Shown piece after piece: positions 62,646 to 64,000 of a stretch of 64,000 bases of DNA (position 1 is its first letter; every line of letters begins with the position of its first letter). Below the pieces are notes generated by a model. That model saw only the letters and a list, made by a program, of their open reading frames with translations. It was not told the DNA's origin and did not search any database. Source of the DNA: Callorhinchus milii (Eukaryota); assembly GCF_018977255.1 (NCBI RefSeq), contig NW_024704743.1, forward strand, positions 3,846,001-3,910,000, read 5' to 3'. A program made the translations under genes and the position numbers.

Positions 62646-63689
62646 TGGGATATCCCTACGCATTCTCCTCTGTTTGTGGGGAAAAAGGCCATATTCAGCC
62701 AACTTCTCTGCATATATCTTTTACATGCTCATTTAGCAACATGTTTTTTCATGATAACCCCCATTTTTTCAAGGGGGCTTTAGAGGAATGAAAATAGACG
62801 TGCCACTTTGAGCAATGAATTGGACGATTAAAATAATGTGCTGAATAGTACTAATTATCCATTATAAATAACAACTCATCGCTAAGCAGCTGTTGGTTGT
62901 ATGATGGTCACAGTGGGCTGAATCTACGTAAAGTGAGGCATTGCTTTGCTCTACAGAGAAAAGGATTCTTCCGAATCCTCGTCTGATGGAGGCAGAGGGT
63001 TGGGAGTAGGTGGGAGAAAGAAGGAGAGATGAGGGAAGTGTAGAATGGGGAAGGAGGGATGAAGGTTGTGGGAAAGAGGGGAGGAGGGATGGGAAGGAGG
63101 GGGCAGGAGAGAATGGACCCACAACCAGACACAAGGGCAGGCATCCATGGCAAAAAGGTAAGTGACTGGGGGTGAAGTCAGAAACGCAAAGACGTGGGAC
63201 TAATTCACTCGGGGAGTTTGGAGGAAGATAAACGATCTTAGAAGAAGTACAAGAGTAAGCATTATTTTACATTATAAATATTAATCCTGTAAGAGATTGA
63301 TTAGCCAAAAATTCCTCAAGAGAATATAAATGTGAAATTTTCAATGAATTTCACCATAAAGTTTCACCTTGACAGTCAGGAGACATATGGAATTGATGGC
63401 TCTACGCTGAGATTTAATTAACATCAGGCCCTCCAGATCAGATTGGATGGGATTCCACCAGTCACTGCTACCCAGACAGTCTTTTTTCTTTTCCCTCGCT
63501 CTATTTTCACATCATATCTCCCCTCCTCTGCTCTGAAGGTGGTGACTCACAGAGGATCTGTAGGCTCAAGACACCCTCCAGCACCTCAGCATCGCTTCCC
63601 CCCAAACCACACTGGATTGTTAACCAACACCGCGAGCCCAAGGTGCAACTTAAACCCATAACCTTCTGCTACCAACTGAGGCCTAGCTG

Positions 63690-63861
63690 TCAAAATGCAA
63701 TGCACTGCAGGTGCTGGATATCTGGTATAAACATAGAAGTCGCTGGGAAGAAAGTCTTTCTGACGAAAAGTGATTGCCCTGAAATGTTAACTAATTTTCC
63801 TTCTCTCCGTGGATGCTGCCTGACCTGCTGCGTGTTCCCAGCGACTTCTATGTTTTATACC
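63690..63861. mobile_element. Penelope-type pseudo-LTR inverted repeat with decayed hammerhead core
   Basis: Arms GGTATAAACATAGAAGTCGCTGGGAA (63724-63749) and TTCCCAGCGACTTCTATGTTTTATACC (63835-63861); CTGACGA...GAAA core; GATGCTGCCTGACCTGCTG block. Confidence 0.7.
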
Positions 63862-64000
63862 TGAGGCGAGCAGTCAACTGGCCTGGGAATATGGCATAGG
63901 ACACAAGGGGGTAATAACTGCAATGTTTTCGCTAACGTTGCATAGACCAGGATCGAGCCAGGGAACATTCTGATCATTGTGACCACAATCGATAAGCCCC

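Noticed and set aside
62995..63115. Purine-rich G/A tract
   Set aside because: Low-complexity sequence without a defined unit; overlapping Pro/Ser-rich ORFs are artefacts.

Overview
Eukaryotic, repeat-dense, non-coding window (intronic or intergenic), most likely from a cartilaginous fish, possibly a holocephalan. This taxon call is inferred from the repeat families only. I could not support any host protein-coding exon, rRNA, true tRNA or CRISPR array, and nearly all ORFs in the track are read-throughs of repeats. Contents: (1) tRNA-Ala-headed SINEs with a partial Deu domain and (TTA)n tails, in long, intermediate and young deleted forms; (2) older full-length DeuSINE-type elements with a different head; (3) many L2 3' ends finishing in (GTT)n, plus L2 ORF2 relics; (4) CR1 relics; (5) an R4/Dong-like restriction-like endonuclease fossil at ~42.4 kb; (6) a Penelope-type inverted repeat enclosing a decayed hammerhead core at ~63.7 kb; (7) an unclassified non-coding repeat of roughly 0.8-0.9 kb, seen in about nine fragments including a copy nested in itself; (8) repeat-free islands with motif clusters that may be enhancers. 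The most notable observations are the covarying SINE/L2 3' stem-loop with an apparent loop switch in the youngest SINEs, the unclassified repeat, L2 insertions at GTTG-like sites, and a telomere-repeat patch inside a SINE. I found no evidence of a novel gene-encoded system. Coordinates of degenerate repeats are approximate.
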